Shown piece after piece: positions 9,418-19,293 of a stretch of DNA of 64,000 nt. Within the stretch, counting starts at the first letter, position 1; every line of letters begins with the position of its first letter. A model generated the notes under the pieces. That model was not told the DNA's origin. It was given only the letters and a program-made list of their open reading frames with translations, and did no database searches. Position numbers and translations under genes: made by a program. Source of the DNA: an uncultured Actinomycetes bacterium (lineage in GTDB: Bacteria; Actinomycetota; UBA4738; HRBIN12); NCBI GenBank assembly GCA_963704885.1, contig CAVPIB010000004.1, positions 896,001-960,000 of the forward strand, read 5' to 3'.

Positions 9418-10209
9418 CTATCTAGCTGGCAGGCACCCAGCTTCCCGCCCGAGGAGCGCGAGTCCCTTCAGATCGCCTGGGCCCCAATCCGTCAACGACT
9501 GGTCGGGATACCGGGCATGTCGGCCCCGCACCCGCGAGGACCACATCAGCTCATGCGCGGAACCAACGTGCCCAAGTCCCATGACGTGCGCCAGCTCATG
9601 CATGAGCACCGGACCCATGCTGTAGCGCGACCCGAAACCGGCGGGGAGCCCCTGATCGGCGTCGATCGCCACCACTCCGCTCACGTACTCATGCGCGAGG
9701 TCGCCGTCGCCGCGTGCCGGCAGGCCGAACGCGATCGCATGATCGCCGTCGGTCAGGAACGTGAAGTGATCCTCGGGGACGAACGCGATCAGCAGCGGCA
9801 GGTACCGGGGCTCATCCGGCAGGTTGGCCTGGAACGAGGCGCCGATCTGCTGATCCACCGTGATGACCGTGGATCCGTCATCTACGAACCGTATGCCCGT
9901 GGCGGACGACACCCGGTCGATCGCCTCCCGGATGTCCGCTGCCGAGCCGGCCGGACGATGCCTCTCGTTCACCAAGTAGTGGACCGGCTGACAGGGATTC
10001 CACCGATACGGCGACCCATCCGGCAGCTGCTCCAGGAAGGCGTGCTCGCCTGGAGGCGCCACCAGTACCGCGGCGGCGGGCAGGACGAACGCCACGACCA
10101 TGAGCACGAGGGCGACCACCAAGAGTCCGGTCCGCCGCTGAGCCACGGGGGGCGGGGGCAGAGGCGGCGGAGTATGGAAGCCCGGGGGCGCGGGCAGGTC
10201 CATGGCCAT
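9418..10209 (-). CDS. Matrixin (M10) family metallopeptidase, membrane-anchored
   Basis: HELAHVMGLGH zinc motif, Met-turn ELM, RWNPC, N-terminal Pro-rich stretch plus TM. Confidence 0.85.
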   Translation of the reverse strand: MAMDLPAPPGFHTPPPLPPPPVAQRRTGLLVVALVLMVVAFVLPAAAVLVAPPGEHAFLEQLPDGSPYRWNPCQPVHYLVNERHRPAGSAADIREAIDRVSSATGIRFVDDGSTVITVDQQIGASFQANLPDEPRYLPLLIAFVPEDHFTFLTDGDHAIAFGLPARGDGDLAHEYVSGVVAIDADQGLPAGFGSRYSMGPVLMHELAHVMGLGHVGSAHELMWSSRVRGRHARYPDQSLTDWGPGDLKGLALLGREAGCLPAR

Positions 10210-11048
10210 CAGCCGGGTTCCTCGTTCTCCGGTTCCAGCAGATGCCGGTAGATCCGGTTCGCCGACGTATCGTGGCGCTCCGCCACGATCCGGGCGGCAT
10301 CTCGGGCCCGGGTCCCCTCGGCGACCAAGACGCGCGCCTCCCCGACCAGATCCCGGGCGTCCTCAGCGGCCGGATCCGCCCCGGCGATCACCACGACCAC
10401 CTCGCCCTTCAACGGCTCGTCACCCATACGCTCCAGGAGCTCCGACAGCCGACCGCGAAGCACCTCTTCGTGGAGCTTCGTCAGCTCGCGCGCCACCGCC
10501 GCCCGCCGATCGCCGAGCGCGATCAGGGTCTCGGCCAGCATCGCCCGCAGCCGCTTGGGCGACTCGAAGCACACGATGGTTCGCGGGTCGTCGGCCAGTG
10601 ACGCCATCCGGCGGCCGCGCTCCCCCGCCTTTCGCGGCCAGAACCCCTCGAACACGAACCTGTCGGTCGGCAGTCCGGAGACGGCGAGCGCTGCGATAGC
10701 GGCCGACGGACCCGGCACGACCCGTACGTCTATGCCCTCGGCGGCGCACGCGCGGACCAACCGGAATCCCGGGTCGGAGATGGTGGGCATACCGCCGTCG
10801 GTAACGAGCGCCACCGTCGCGCCTTCGCGCAGCCGCCGCATCACCTCCTCGGTCCGCTCACGTTCGTTGCCCTCGAAGAACGACAGGAGGCGCCGATCCG
10901 GAAGCTCCATGTGGGCCAGCAGCCGGCCCGTCCGTCTGGTGTCCTCGGCGGCGATCAGGTCGGCGGCGGCCAGCGTCTCTCGGACACGGGGAGCCAGATC
11001 GCCCAGGTTGCCGATCGGCGTTCCCACCAGGAAGAGCGTTCCGGTCAC
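10209..11048 (-). CDS. rsmI: 16S rRNA C1402 2'-O-methyltransferase
   Basis: LVGTPIGNLGD, AEDTRRT, DGGMPTISDPG, RELTKLHEE. Confidence 0.96.
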   Translation of the reverse strand: MTGTLFLVGTPIGNLGDLAPRVRETLAAADLIAAEDTRRTGRLLAHMELPDRRLLSFFEGNERERTEEVMRRLREGATVALVTDGGMPTISDPGFRLVRACAAEGIDVRVVPGPSAAIAALAVSGLPTDRFVFEGFWPRKAGERGRRMASLADDPRTIVCFESPKRLRAMLAETLIALGDRRAAVARELTKLHEEVLRGRLSELLERMGDEPLKGEVVVVIAGADPAAEDARDLVGEARVLVAEGTRARDAARIVAERHDTSANRIYRHLLEPENEEPG

Positions 11049-11100
11049 GCATCGATGGTGGCAGGATGTCCCGCCTACGGCCACGACCAGGAGCGCGCAG

Positions 11101-11538
11101 ATGGCGAGCGACGACAAGGACTACTCGGGAACCCCGCTGCCGAAGAAGCTCGGCATCCGCGAAGGCTCTCGCGTCATGCTCGTCAACGCGCCCGACGGAT
11201 TCGTCGACCTCCTAGCGCCCATGCCGGACGGGGTGACGATGCTGAAGAAGGCCAGCGGGACGATCGAAGTCGCCGTACTGTTCGCCCTGGAACGGACCGA
11301 TCTGATCGAGTGGTTCGACCGGCTCGCAGCCTCGCTCGCAACCCCCGGACGTCTGTGGATCGCCTGGCCCAAGAAGGCCTCGAAGGTCCCCACAGACATC
11401 GACTTCGCGTTCGCGCAGGGGATCGGCTTAGACGCCGGTCTGGTCGACAACAAGAGCGCATCGATCACCGACGTGTATCAGGGGCTTCAGTTCGTCTACC
11501 GCCTTAGGGATCGTCCGAAGTCGCCGCCGGTACGCTGA
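11101..11538 (+). CDS. DUF3052 family protein
   Basis: YSGTPLPKKLGI, LWIAWPKKAS, GLVDNK. Confidence 0.85.
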   Translation: MASDDKDYSGTPLPKKLGIREGSRVMLVNAPDGFVDLLAPMPDGVTMLKKASGTIEVAVLFALERTDLIEWFDRLAASLATPGRLWIAWPKKASKVPTDIDFAFAQGIGLDAGLVDNKSASITDVYQGLQFVYRLRDRPKSPPVR

Positions 11539-11542
11539 CGCG

Positions 11543-13081
11543 GTGTCCGCGCTCCTGCAACGATTGAACCGTCCCGTCATAGCCATCCTCGCGGTGACCG
11601 CGATCGCCGCGGGTGTGCGGTTCACCGACCTGGGCGAGCCAACCGATCTGATCTTCGACGAACTCTATTACGCGAAGGCCGGCTGCATCCTGATCGGCGA
11701 GAGCGACAAGGTCTGCATGGTCGACAGCCATGACGAGCATTACTGGCGCGACAACAAGTGGGACACGGGCTCGTGGGTCCACCCGCCGCTCGGCAAATGG
11801 ATGGTCGGGCTCGGTGAGAAGGCGTTCGGTGTGACGCCGTTCGGATGGCGGTTCTCCTCGGCGTTCATCGGAACGCTAACCGTGACCTTGCTCGCGGTCA
11901 TCGCGCTCCTTCTGTTCGGGAGCCCGCTCTGGACGTTCGTGGCTGGGACGTTGCTCGCACTCGAGCATCTGAACGTGGTGCAGTCGCGTGTGGCGCTGCT
12001 GGACATACACCTGGAGTTCTGGGTGGTCCTGGGGTTCTTGTTCCTGGTCCTTGACCGGCGATGGATCGACCGTCGAACCCCGCCAGAGCCGGAGGCCGAA
12101 CCGGAGGTCGAAGCCGAACCGGAGGTCGAAGCCGAACCGGAGGCCGAGGCCGAACCGCTCACTCATCAACGGATGGGGGCCGCGCTGCCGTTCCCGGTCT
12201 GGCGACCATGGCGGTTCGCGACCGGGCTCGCGCTGGGCGCGGCGTTCAGCGTGAAGTGGTCCGGCGCCACAGCGATCCTCTGCGCCGTGATCCTGTCGTT
12301 CGCGTGGGAGACGACCCGGCGTCACCGGGGACACGTCTCGCGCAGGCGGGCGTTCGTCCGCACCGTCACGCAGGAGAGCTTAGGGCTCGTGATCGCGTTC
12401 CTATTGATACCGCTCGCTGTGTACATGGTCATGTACTTACCGTGGTTCAACCACTTCGGGTGGAGCCTGGGGTCGTGGTGGGAGAACCAGACCGCCATGC
12501 TCAGGTATCACAGCGAGTTGAAGGCCACGGCGCTGAACGCCGCCAACGGCGCATTCACGCCTACGCACCCCTACTATTCGCGGGCCTGGACTTGGCCGTT
12601 CATGCTGCGTCCCGTCAACTTCTACTACCGGGATCTCGGGGCGAGCGTCGCTCAGATCCTCGCCGTGGGCAACCCGGCGATCTTCTGGGGGAGCGTCTGG
12701 GCCGCCCCGTACGTGGCGATCATCTGGCGCCGTCGCGGCGATTGGCGAGCCGGATTCATCACGACGGCCCTGTTCTGTCAGTACCTGCCGTGGCTCCTTG
12801 TTCCAAGGCCGCAGTTCTTTTTCTATGTGCTGACGCTCACGCCGTTCATGGTGCTCGCGGTGGTGTACGTGATGCGCGACCTGTCTTCGGCCACGATCGT
12901 TTTGAGGGATCACTCTTCAGGTGAGCGGGTGGAGTCCGCCCGCCACCCCTACCTGCCGTTCGTCTGGGGGTACGTGCTGGTGGCCGTGGGACTCTTCCTT
13001 TGGTTCTGGCCTGTGCTGGTTGGGAACCCTCTCTCGCGCACCATGTGGAAGGCACGTGTCTGGTTCCGCGGGTGGGTCTGA
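11543..13081 (+). CDS. Protein O-mannosyltransferase (PMT, GT39)
   Basis: FDELYY, HPPLGK, GWRF, KWSG, HPYYS; multiple TM segments. Confidence 0.9.
   Translation: MSALLQRLNRPVIAILAVTAIAAGVRFTDLGEPTDLIFDELYYAKAGCILIGESDKVCMVDSHDEHYWRDNKWDTGSWVHPPLGKWMVGLGEKAFGVTPFGWRFSSAFIGTLTVTLLAVIALLLFGSPLWTFVAGTLLALEHLNVVQSRVALLDIHLEFWVVLGFLFLVLDRRWIDRRTPPEPEAEPEVEAEPEVEAEPEAEAEPLTHQRMGAALPFPVWRPWRFATGLALGAAFSVKWSGATAILCAVILSFAWETTRRHRGHVSRRRAFVRTVTQESLGLVIAFLLIPLAVYMVMYLPWFNHFGWSLGSWWENQTAMLRYHSELKATALNAANGAFTPTHPYYSRAWTWPFMLRPVNFYYRDLGASVAQILAVGNPAIFWGSVWAAPYVAIIWRRRGDWRAGFITTALFCQYLPWLLVPRPQFFFYVLTLTPFMVLAVVYVMRDLSSATIVLRDHSSGERVESARHPYLPFVWGYVLVAVGLFLWFWPVLVGNPLSRTMWKARVWFRGWV
12086..12157 (+). repeat. 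In-frame 18-nt tandem repeat encoding EPEAEPEVEAEPEVEA...
   Basis: GCCGAACCGGAGGTCGAA units inside the PMT gene. Confidence 0.85.
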
Positions 13082-13154
13082 CCTGACCGTGGATCGCATC
13101 CGCGACGAGCGCACCCGGCCCGCCGCTCCGCCGTCCAGCTAGCCTTCTCGGTCG

Positions 13155-15110
13155 ATGCCCACCAAGCAGCACGTCACCATCGCGATGGCCGACGGCATGC
13201 GATTGGCCGTCAGCCTGTTCCTGCCCGACGACGACGGGCCGTGGCCGGCGATCCTGGAGGCGCTCCCCTACCGCAAGGACGACAACACGGCGTCGTACCG
13301 CCCCGAGTACGTGCGCCTGGCGGAGGCCGGGTACGTGGTCTGCCGGGTGGACGTGCGCGGCACCGGCTCGTCTCAAGGGATCGCGGAGGACGAGTATCCG
13401 GCTGTGGAACGCACGGACCTGCTCACGGTGATCGACTGGCTGGCGACGCAGGACTGGTCGACAGGTTCGGTGGGCATGTACGGCACGAGCTACTCGGGGT
13501 TCAACTCGATCCAGCTGGCCATGGAACACCCGCCCGCGCTGAAGGCGATCATCCCGATCTTCGCGACCGACGACTGCTACGGCGACGACGTCCACTATTT
13601 CGGCGGCGCGCTCAAGCAGCTCGACGTCGTCGACTACCCCACCTACATGATCGCGATGAACGCGCTACCACCCGTACCGTCGATCTACGGCGACGGATGG
13701 CGCGAGGAATGGGCCCGGCGCGTAGCGGAGACCGAGCCGTGGGTCCTGACTTGGCTCGCGCACCAGCGCGCCGACGACTACTGGCGGTTCGGCTCGCTCC
13801 GCCCGGACTACGAACGGATCGAGGCGGCCACCATGATCGTGGCGGGGTGGGCCGACGGCTACCGGAACAACTCGCTGCGGACGTTCGCAGGGCTCCGCTG
13901 TCCGAAACGCGTGGTGATGGGTCCGTGGGCCCACGCCTCCACCGACACGTCGCTCCCCGGTCCGAATGTCGACCTGGTCCCCGAGATGCTCCGCTGGTGG
14001 GACCGGTGGCTGAAGGGAGTCGACAACGGGATCGACCGCGAAGCGCCGATAGTGCTGTTCGCTCAGCGGTCAACACGGCCTGGACCCACGCGTCCGGAGA
14101 TGCGCGGCGCATGGCGGTACGAGCCTACGTGGCCCGCCGAGCGGCTCCGGCCGACCGAGCTGAGGCTCGGCGATGCCGAGGCTCCGGCGGGCGACACGCT
14201 CGTGGTCCGAGGCGACGTCGGGTGGACCGCCTGGATCTCGTGCGCGGGACACCTGCCATGGGGACAGCCCGACGACCAGCGTCCGGACGAGGCGTTCTCG
14301 CTCGCCTACACGTGGCCCGCCCTGGAGGACGAGCTGGAGATCTTGGGTCACGCACGGCTGCGACTGACCGTCAGGTCCACGGCGCCGATCGCCTACCTGT
14401 CCGCGAAGCTCTGCGACGTATTCCCCGACGGATCGTCGTCGTTGGTCGCGCGCGGCATGCTGAACCTGACGCATCGCGACTCTCGGGAGACGCCCTCACC
14501 GCTCGAGCGCGGCCGCCCCTACGAGGTCACCTTCGACCTGGAGGTGGCGTCGTGGACGTTCGAAGCCGGGCATCGCGTGCGGCTGGACCTGGCCGGCACC
14601 GACTGGCCCAACGCGTGGACTCCGCCCGAGCCGGTCACGCTCCGGATCGATCGAGCGACGGCCACCCTCACGCTTCCCGTGCTGGACGGGCCATCGCCGG
14701 TCGGCGACGTGCCGTCGTTCGCCCCGGCGCGCCGGGGCAACGAGGCCATCCCCAACCGCGGGCACGACAGCTACGCCTGGCGGATCGAGCACGACGTGCC
14801 TTCGGGGGAGACGCGCGCCGTGGTTGGGAACTGGGGCGACTACCCCGCCAAGGACGAGGTCCCGCCGTTCGCCGAGCGATACGCGGGGACGGTGACCGTT
14901 CGGCCGGATGACCCGGGGCGAGCCAGCGCCCACGGGGAGGCCTCTTTCGAGATGCGCTGGCCCGAGGCCACGTGTGCGACCGACGTGACGCTCGACGTCC
15001 AGAGCGACCGCGACGCCTATCGGGTGCGGATCGATCTCATGGTTCGCGAGGACGGGCGGGAGCGATGGCACCGGACCTGGGATCGAACCATCCCCCGCGA
15101 CCACCAGTAG
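13155..15110 (+). CDS. CocE/NonD family hydrolase (S15)
   Basis: DGMRLA, PYRK, DVRGTGSSQG, GTSYSG, GPWAH. Confidence 0.92.
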   Translation: MPTKQHVTIAMADGMRLAVSLFLPDDDGPWPAILEALPYRKDDNTASYRPEYVRLAEAGYVVCRVDVRGTGSSQGIAEDEYPAVERTDLLTVIDWLATQDWSTGSVGMYGTSYSGFNSIQLAMEHPPALKAIIPIFATDDCYGDDVHYFGGALKQLDVVDYPTYMIAMNALPPVPSIYGDGWREEWARRVAETEPWVLTWLAHQRADDYWRFGSLRPDYERIEAATMIVAGWADGYRNNSLRTFAGLRCPKRVVMGPWAHASTDTSLPGPNVDLVPEMLRWWDRWLKGVDNGIDREAPIVLFAQRSTRPGPTRPEMRGAWRYEPTWPAERLRPTELRLGDAEAPAGDTLVVRGDVGWTAWISCAGHLPWGQPDDQRPDEAFSLAYTWPALEDELEILGHARLRLTVRSTAPIAYLSAKLCDVFPDGSSSLVARGMLNLTHRDSRETPSPLERGRPYEVTFDLEVASWTFEAGHRVRLDLAGTDWPNAWTPPEPVTLRIDRATATLTLPVLDGPSPVGDVPSFAPARRGNEAIPNRGHDSYAWRIEHDVPSGETRAVVGNWGDYPAKDEVPPFAERYAGTVTVRPDDPGRASAHGEASFEMRWPEATCATDVTLDVQSDRDAYRVRIDLMVREDGRERWHRTWDRTIPRDHQ

Positions 15111-15122
15111 CCCCCAGACACA

Positions 15123-15153
15123 CGAAACCCCGGCGCGCTGGCCGGGGGTTTCG
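15123..15153. terminator. Intrinsic terminator hairpin
   Basis: CGAAACCCCGG...CCGGGGGTTTCG immediately after the CocE stop; usable in both directions. Confidence 0.75.
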
Positions 15154-15159
15154 GTCTTG

Positions 15160-15345
15160 ATGGGATATCCCTTCAGAAGGATACCAGTGTTCCCGCTTTG
15201 GGCAGCCCGGCTTCGGCGGCGGCGGCTTCCGCGGTCCCGTGACAACCGATCGACACCCCAGGCCGTGCTCCCAGCGGGCGGGCGTCCACAGGTTGACGGA
15301 TGCCACCTGCAGAGATAGGCGTCAACCTGTTGACGCCTCGCGAGG
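15160..15345 (-). ncRNA. Candidate structured small RNA (family unassigned)
   Basis: Intergenic between convergent genes; three predicted stems precede the terminator; minus-strand GTGTCA-N17-TAGGGT promoter-like element upstream. Confidence 0.4.
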
Positions 15346-15378
15346 ACGCGACCCTAGATCCGCGTCTACCCGTTGACA
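15283..15378. promoter_or_regulatory. Three palindromic sites CGTCnACnnGTTGAC
   Basis: GTCCACAGGTTGAC at 15284, GTCAACCTGTTGAC at 15321, GTCTACCCGTTGAC at 15364. Confidence 0.6.
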
Positions 15379-15397
15379 CACGCCCGGAGATGCCCGC

Positions 15398-16147
15398 TCA
15401 CGAGAAGCCTGGGAGGTGCTCGCGGAAGAGTATGAACCCGATCCCGGCCGCGACGTCCAGCAGGAAGTGCGCGATCACGAACGGCCAGGTCCGCCGGATC
15501 CGAAGGAACGCGACGCCGAAGAGCACGCCCATCGCCAGGTTTCCCAGGAACCCGCCCCACCCCTGATAGAGGTGATACGAGCCGCGCAGGAGCGCGCTCG
15601 CCGCCACCGCCGCGAAGGGGCTCCACGCGAGCTGCCGCAGACGCGTGATCAGGTAGCCGACGACGATCACCTCTTCGAGCAGGGCCGCGGCGGCAGCGTT
15701 CAGTAGCAGTAGAGGGACGGTCCACCAGTGACCGAGCGGCGGCACCGGGACCACGAACCGGTTCACGCCGAGCGCGACGGCGCCAAGGTAGACGGCCAGC
15801 CCGCCGAGGCCCACCACCGCGAAGAACGCAACCCCGAGCTTGATGTCGGAGCGGGGCCGATCCCAGGCCAAGCCGATCGCGACCGTGCCCTCTCCGCTCC
15901 TGTGCAACAGATGCACGACGAGCCAAACGGGCGCCAGGCCGAACATGAGGCCGACCAGCTGTCGCGCCAGCTCGTTGCTCTGGCTCACCGACGCCACGGT
16001 GACACCCCTGAGCGGCGCCGATAGCAGGTTCAGCACCGCGTAGGCGGCGCTCGCCAGCAGCGAGAGCGCCAGCACCACCAAGATCTCTTCGCGGAGCGTT
16101 CGACGGTCCAGGGAAGTGGTCGGACCCGGGCGCGGCTCGGCCTGCAT
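15398..16147 (-). CDS. CPBP (CAAX/Abi) intramembrane metalloprotease
   Basis: LLEEVIVVGY, SYHLYQG, IAHFLLD. Confidence 0.9.
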   Translation of the reverse strand: MQAEPRPGPTTSLDRRTLREEILVVLALSLLASAAYAVLNLLSAPLRGVTVASVSQSNELARQLVGLMFGLAPVWLVVHLLHRSGEGTVAIGLAWDRPRSDIKLGVAFFAVVGLGGLAVYLGAVALGVNRFVVPVPPLGHWWTVPLLLLNAAAAALLEEVIVVGYLITRLRQLAWSPFAAVAASALLRGSYHLYQGWGGFLGNLAMGVLFGVAFLRIRRTWPFVIAHFLLDVAAGIGFILFREHLPGFS

Positions 16148-16222
16148 CCTGTAACGGTACGCCTCCTACAGGTTCCAGCCCGGCCATCGATACACTCCGC
16201 GCACACCGAGGCGGAGGGATCC

Positions 16223-17439
16223 ATGGCGAAGCGCGAGACGGCAGACCTGGTGGTGGTCGGCGCCGGCATGGTTGGAGGGTGGGCCTCGTGGTTCGCGGCC
16301 ACCGACGGCGCCGATCGGGTCATCGTCCTCGAGAGGGACCTGGCCGGGCAGGGCGCGTCTAGCCGCGCGGCCGGCATGGTGCGCGCCCAGGGGGGCACGC
16401 CGACGACCGTCGCGCTCGGCATGTTCTCGATCGACTTCTACAACCGGCAACGCGACCTGATCGGCACGGACTCCGGGTTCCGCGAGCTGGGATACCTGAT
16501 CCTGGCCACCACCTCACGTGATGAACGCGATGGACTCGACCGCGTCGCGATGCAGCGCGAGGCAGGACTCGACGCGCGCTGGGTAGATGCTGCGGAGGCC
16601 TGTCGACTGAACCCGACCCTCGCCACCCAGGGGCATAGAGGAGGGAGCTACTGCGCCACGGACGGGTCGATCGATCCGCCGCGCAACGTCAGGGCGTACT
16701 CGCTGGCGATGCAACAGGCGGGCGTGCAACTGCGGGAACGGACGCCCTTCATCGGCCTGCGGACCGCAGCGGCGCGCGGCGGGCGGCGGCGCGTCACGGG
16801 CGTGCATACCCCCGACGGCGTGATCGCCACCGAGCGCGTGATCCTCACGGGCGGCCCAACCCTGCGAGCCGTGGGAAGCTGATCGGCGCCCGGATCTTCG
16901 CCGGAGGCGCGCGGCACCAGGTCGTCCTGACGGAGCCGCATCCAGCGTTCGACGTCGAACGACAGCCGATGACGTTCGACGTAAGGGCGGGGATCTACTG
17001 GCGCCTGGAGGAAGGCGGACTCCTGTGGGGGATGTCCAACCCGAAGGAGGCGCCCGGCCCGGCCCTGCAGGTGGACTGGGCCTACCTCCGTCGTATGGAG
17101 CGCCGCCTCCACAAGCTGGTGCCAGTGACACGGGATCTCGGGATACGCAAGGCTTGGTGCGGGACGATCGACTACACCTCGGACCACTTACCCATCCTCG
17201 GCGCCGCGATCACCACGGATGGGGTGACGATCGAGGGAACGACCGTCGCTTCGCCGGGCGGCCACGGCATGATGTGGGGCCCGGCGGTCGCGCGTGCGGC
17301 CGCCGACCTGGCGCTGCACGGTCGAACCGACGTCATCGATGTCACCGACCTGGGGATGGATCGGTTCGACGAACACGGCCGGAGTCCCTTCTACGATCCG
17401 ATCGCGTTGCCCTTCCCGCCCAGCGCAGGCGACGACTGA
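16223..17439 (+). pseudogene. FAD-dependent oxidoreductase (DAO/sarcosine oxidase beta-like), frameshifted at about 16876
   Basis: VVGAGMVG and GASSRAAG in frame 1; the C-half (RHQVVLT..DYTSDHLPILG..GHGMMWGP) is in another frame; one base appears missing in GTGGGAAGCTGA. Confidence 0.8.
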
Positions 17440-17441
17440 CG

Positions 17442-18917
17442 TCAGCGGATCAGCGCGGCCAGATAGCTGAACGCCATCCTGTCGGCCCTGGACGCTCCGT
17501 TGCAGGAGTACGCTCCGCCCGTCCAGCATCGATAACTCGTGCTGGCGTTCGCGTAGACGAGCACCACTCGCCTGACCTGACGCCGACCGAACGGAACGCT
17601 GAGATCGGCGTCGCCGTGGGCGTCCAGCCAAACCGGGATCACACGTAGGTACCCGGCGCGCGTGATCACCATCACACGCGCCGCCGAGCCCGTGCGGGTG
17701 GGCGGCGCGTCGAGCGCGAGACGCAGCGACGCGCGGGCCGGCGCAGCCCGACCCGGGGCGAACGACACCGCGCCGGTCGTCAGATGGTTCAACCGCACGG
17801 TCGCCCAGCCCGCGATCGGATGTTGTTGCGTGAGCCGGTGGCGCCGGACGGTCGGCGCGTGGGGATACGCGGCCCCCTCCTGATAGAAGGCCGAGGGCAC
17901 CAGGTTCCAGATCCCGAATCCAGCCAGGGCGCCGCCCATGGTTCGGTCCCGTTGCTCGAGAGCCTTGGCCACCGCTCGAGCGGAGAACAGGTCGGGGCTC
18001 CCGGGGCTGGAGGCAGCGAGCTCCCACACGCGACGTACGAACGACGTGTCGACGCCTCCGCGAGCCAGGCTCTCGGTCAGGTAACGGAAGAAGATCCAGG
18101 CGCCGTACTCGTGATCGCCCTCGCTGCTGTCGATCGGGACCCATGGTTGTGTGAGCGGACTGGCGCGCAACCACTCGCGGTTCGCGTTCACGTCATCAGC
18201 GAACTGATCCTCCATCCAAGCGGCGGTGCCCTCCATCAACCAGCGATCCTCGCCCGAGTCATAGGCGTACTGAACGGCGTGGAAGAGCTCATGCGCAGCG
18301 GTCACGCGGAGGCCGCCCTGTCCGCCGCTGGATCCCAGCTGCCACGTGGCGAAGTCGTCGTCCACCACCACGTAGGCAGAGTAGTCGCGGTATGCATACC
18401 CACCGTCGCTCGCGTGGGGATCGTCGGTCGCCACGTAGCCCGCCAGGTCGTTAAGGCCGACATCCGCAAGGTACACGTCGAGCCGGCCGTCGGGCCCATG
18501 GTCCTGGGAGCTGGCATCGGGTTTGGGCGGGCGGAACCCCAGGCGACCGACCTCGAATGCCCAGGCGGACTCGAAAGCAGAGAGCGTTCGCTCTACCTGA
18601 TCGGGAGCGCCGTCATCATCGGCGTCGTTCAGGGGTGGGGCGTCCGCAGTGGAGGACACCCAATGGACGCACACGTGCTTGCCGCAGACATGACGGCTTG
18701 GCGCCGAGTAGCCGTGACCTTCCGGATCCCCGCCTCCGTCGGTCGGACGCAGGCGAAGCTCGATCGCCGAAGCGCGGCCCAGCCGATCGGATCCGGCGGG
18801 ATCCACCGTGATCGGCGAGACCCGGGGGACGGAGGACGCGACGATGAACAGCACGAGCGCGGATCCCGAGCGCCCGAGGACGCGCGTGAACGGATGGCCG
18901 GCCATCTCCCTCCCCAT
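17442..18917 (-). CDS. Secreted zinc metalloprotease (MXAN_6640-like)
   Basis: HELFHAVQYAYD, WLMEGTAAWME, signal-like N-terminus. Confidence 0.8.
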   Translation of the reverse strand: MGREMAGHPFTRVLGRSGSALVLFIVASSVPRVSPITVDPAGSDRLGRASAIELRLRPTDGGGDPEGHGYSAPSRHVCGKHVCVHWVSSTADAPPLNDADDDGAPDQVERTLSAFESAWAFEVGRLGFRPPKPDASSQDHGPDGRLDVYLADVGLNDLAGYVATDDPHASDGGYAYRDYSAYVVVDDDFATWQLGSSGGQGGLRVTAAHELFHAVQYAYDSGEDRWLMEGTAAWMEDQFADDVNANREWLRASPLTQPWVPIDSSEGDHEYGAWIFFRYLTESLARGGVDTSFVRRVWELAASSPGSPDLFSARAVAKALEQRDRTMGGALAGFGIWNLVPSAFYQEGAAYPHAPTVRRHRLTQQHPIAGWATVRLNHLTTGAVSFAPGRAAPARASLRLALDAPPTRTGSAARVMVITRAGYLRVIPVWLDAHGDADLSVPFGRRQVRRVVLVYANASTSYRCWTGGAYSCNGASRADRMAFSYLAALIR

Positions 18918-19045
18918 GCCGGTCGAGGGCGCCGTCGGGGCTGGTCAGGGGGCCCGAGGTCGCCGGCGCCATCGTCAGGCGTGGGCGCGGGCTACGTCAA
19001 TCGGCCGTAAGGCCGGATGGGCGGCGTACGTCGCAGGTCGGATGG

Positions 19046-19279
19046 CTAGAGCTGCAGAACCGGGCAGGTGAGGGTTCGCGTTATGCCTTCGATCTCCTGC
19101 ATGGGCATCACGATCCCCTTGGCCAGGGCGTCCAGGTCGGCCGCCTCCGCCCGCGCGATCACGTCGTATGGGCCGGTCACGCCGTCAACCATGGCCACAC
19201 CGTCGATCGCTCGGATCAACTCGGTGACCTGTCCGGCCTTGCCGACCTCGGTCTGCACCAGGATGTATGCGTTGACCAT
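19046..19279 (-). CDS. Lrp/AsnC ligand-binding domain protein
   Basis: AYILVQTEVGK..VTGPYDVIA..TRTLTCPV; GGAGGG RBS. Confidence 0.9.
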   Translation of the reverse strand: MVNAYILVQTEVGKAGQVTELIRAIDGVAMVDGVTGPYDVIARAEAADLDALAKGIVMPMQEIEGITRTLTCPVLQL

Positions 19280-19293
19280 CTCGCTCCCCTCCG

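Noticed and set aside
15190-15280. SRP RNA, 6S RNA or riboswitch identity for the rod hairpin
   Set aside because: Lacks the CAGG-NCC-GNRA-GG-AGCA SRP motif, has no clear 6S terminal pairing, and no downstream gene for a riboswitch
15283-15378. Mini CRISPR array
   Set aside because: Repeats are only 14-16 nt, degenerate and unevenly spaced; no cas genes
19005-19045. REP-like GTAAGGCCGGATGG / GCAGGTCGGATGG pair
   Set aside because: Short, no complete hairpin, no other copies noticed
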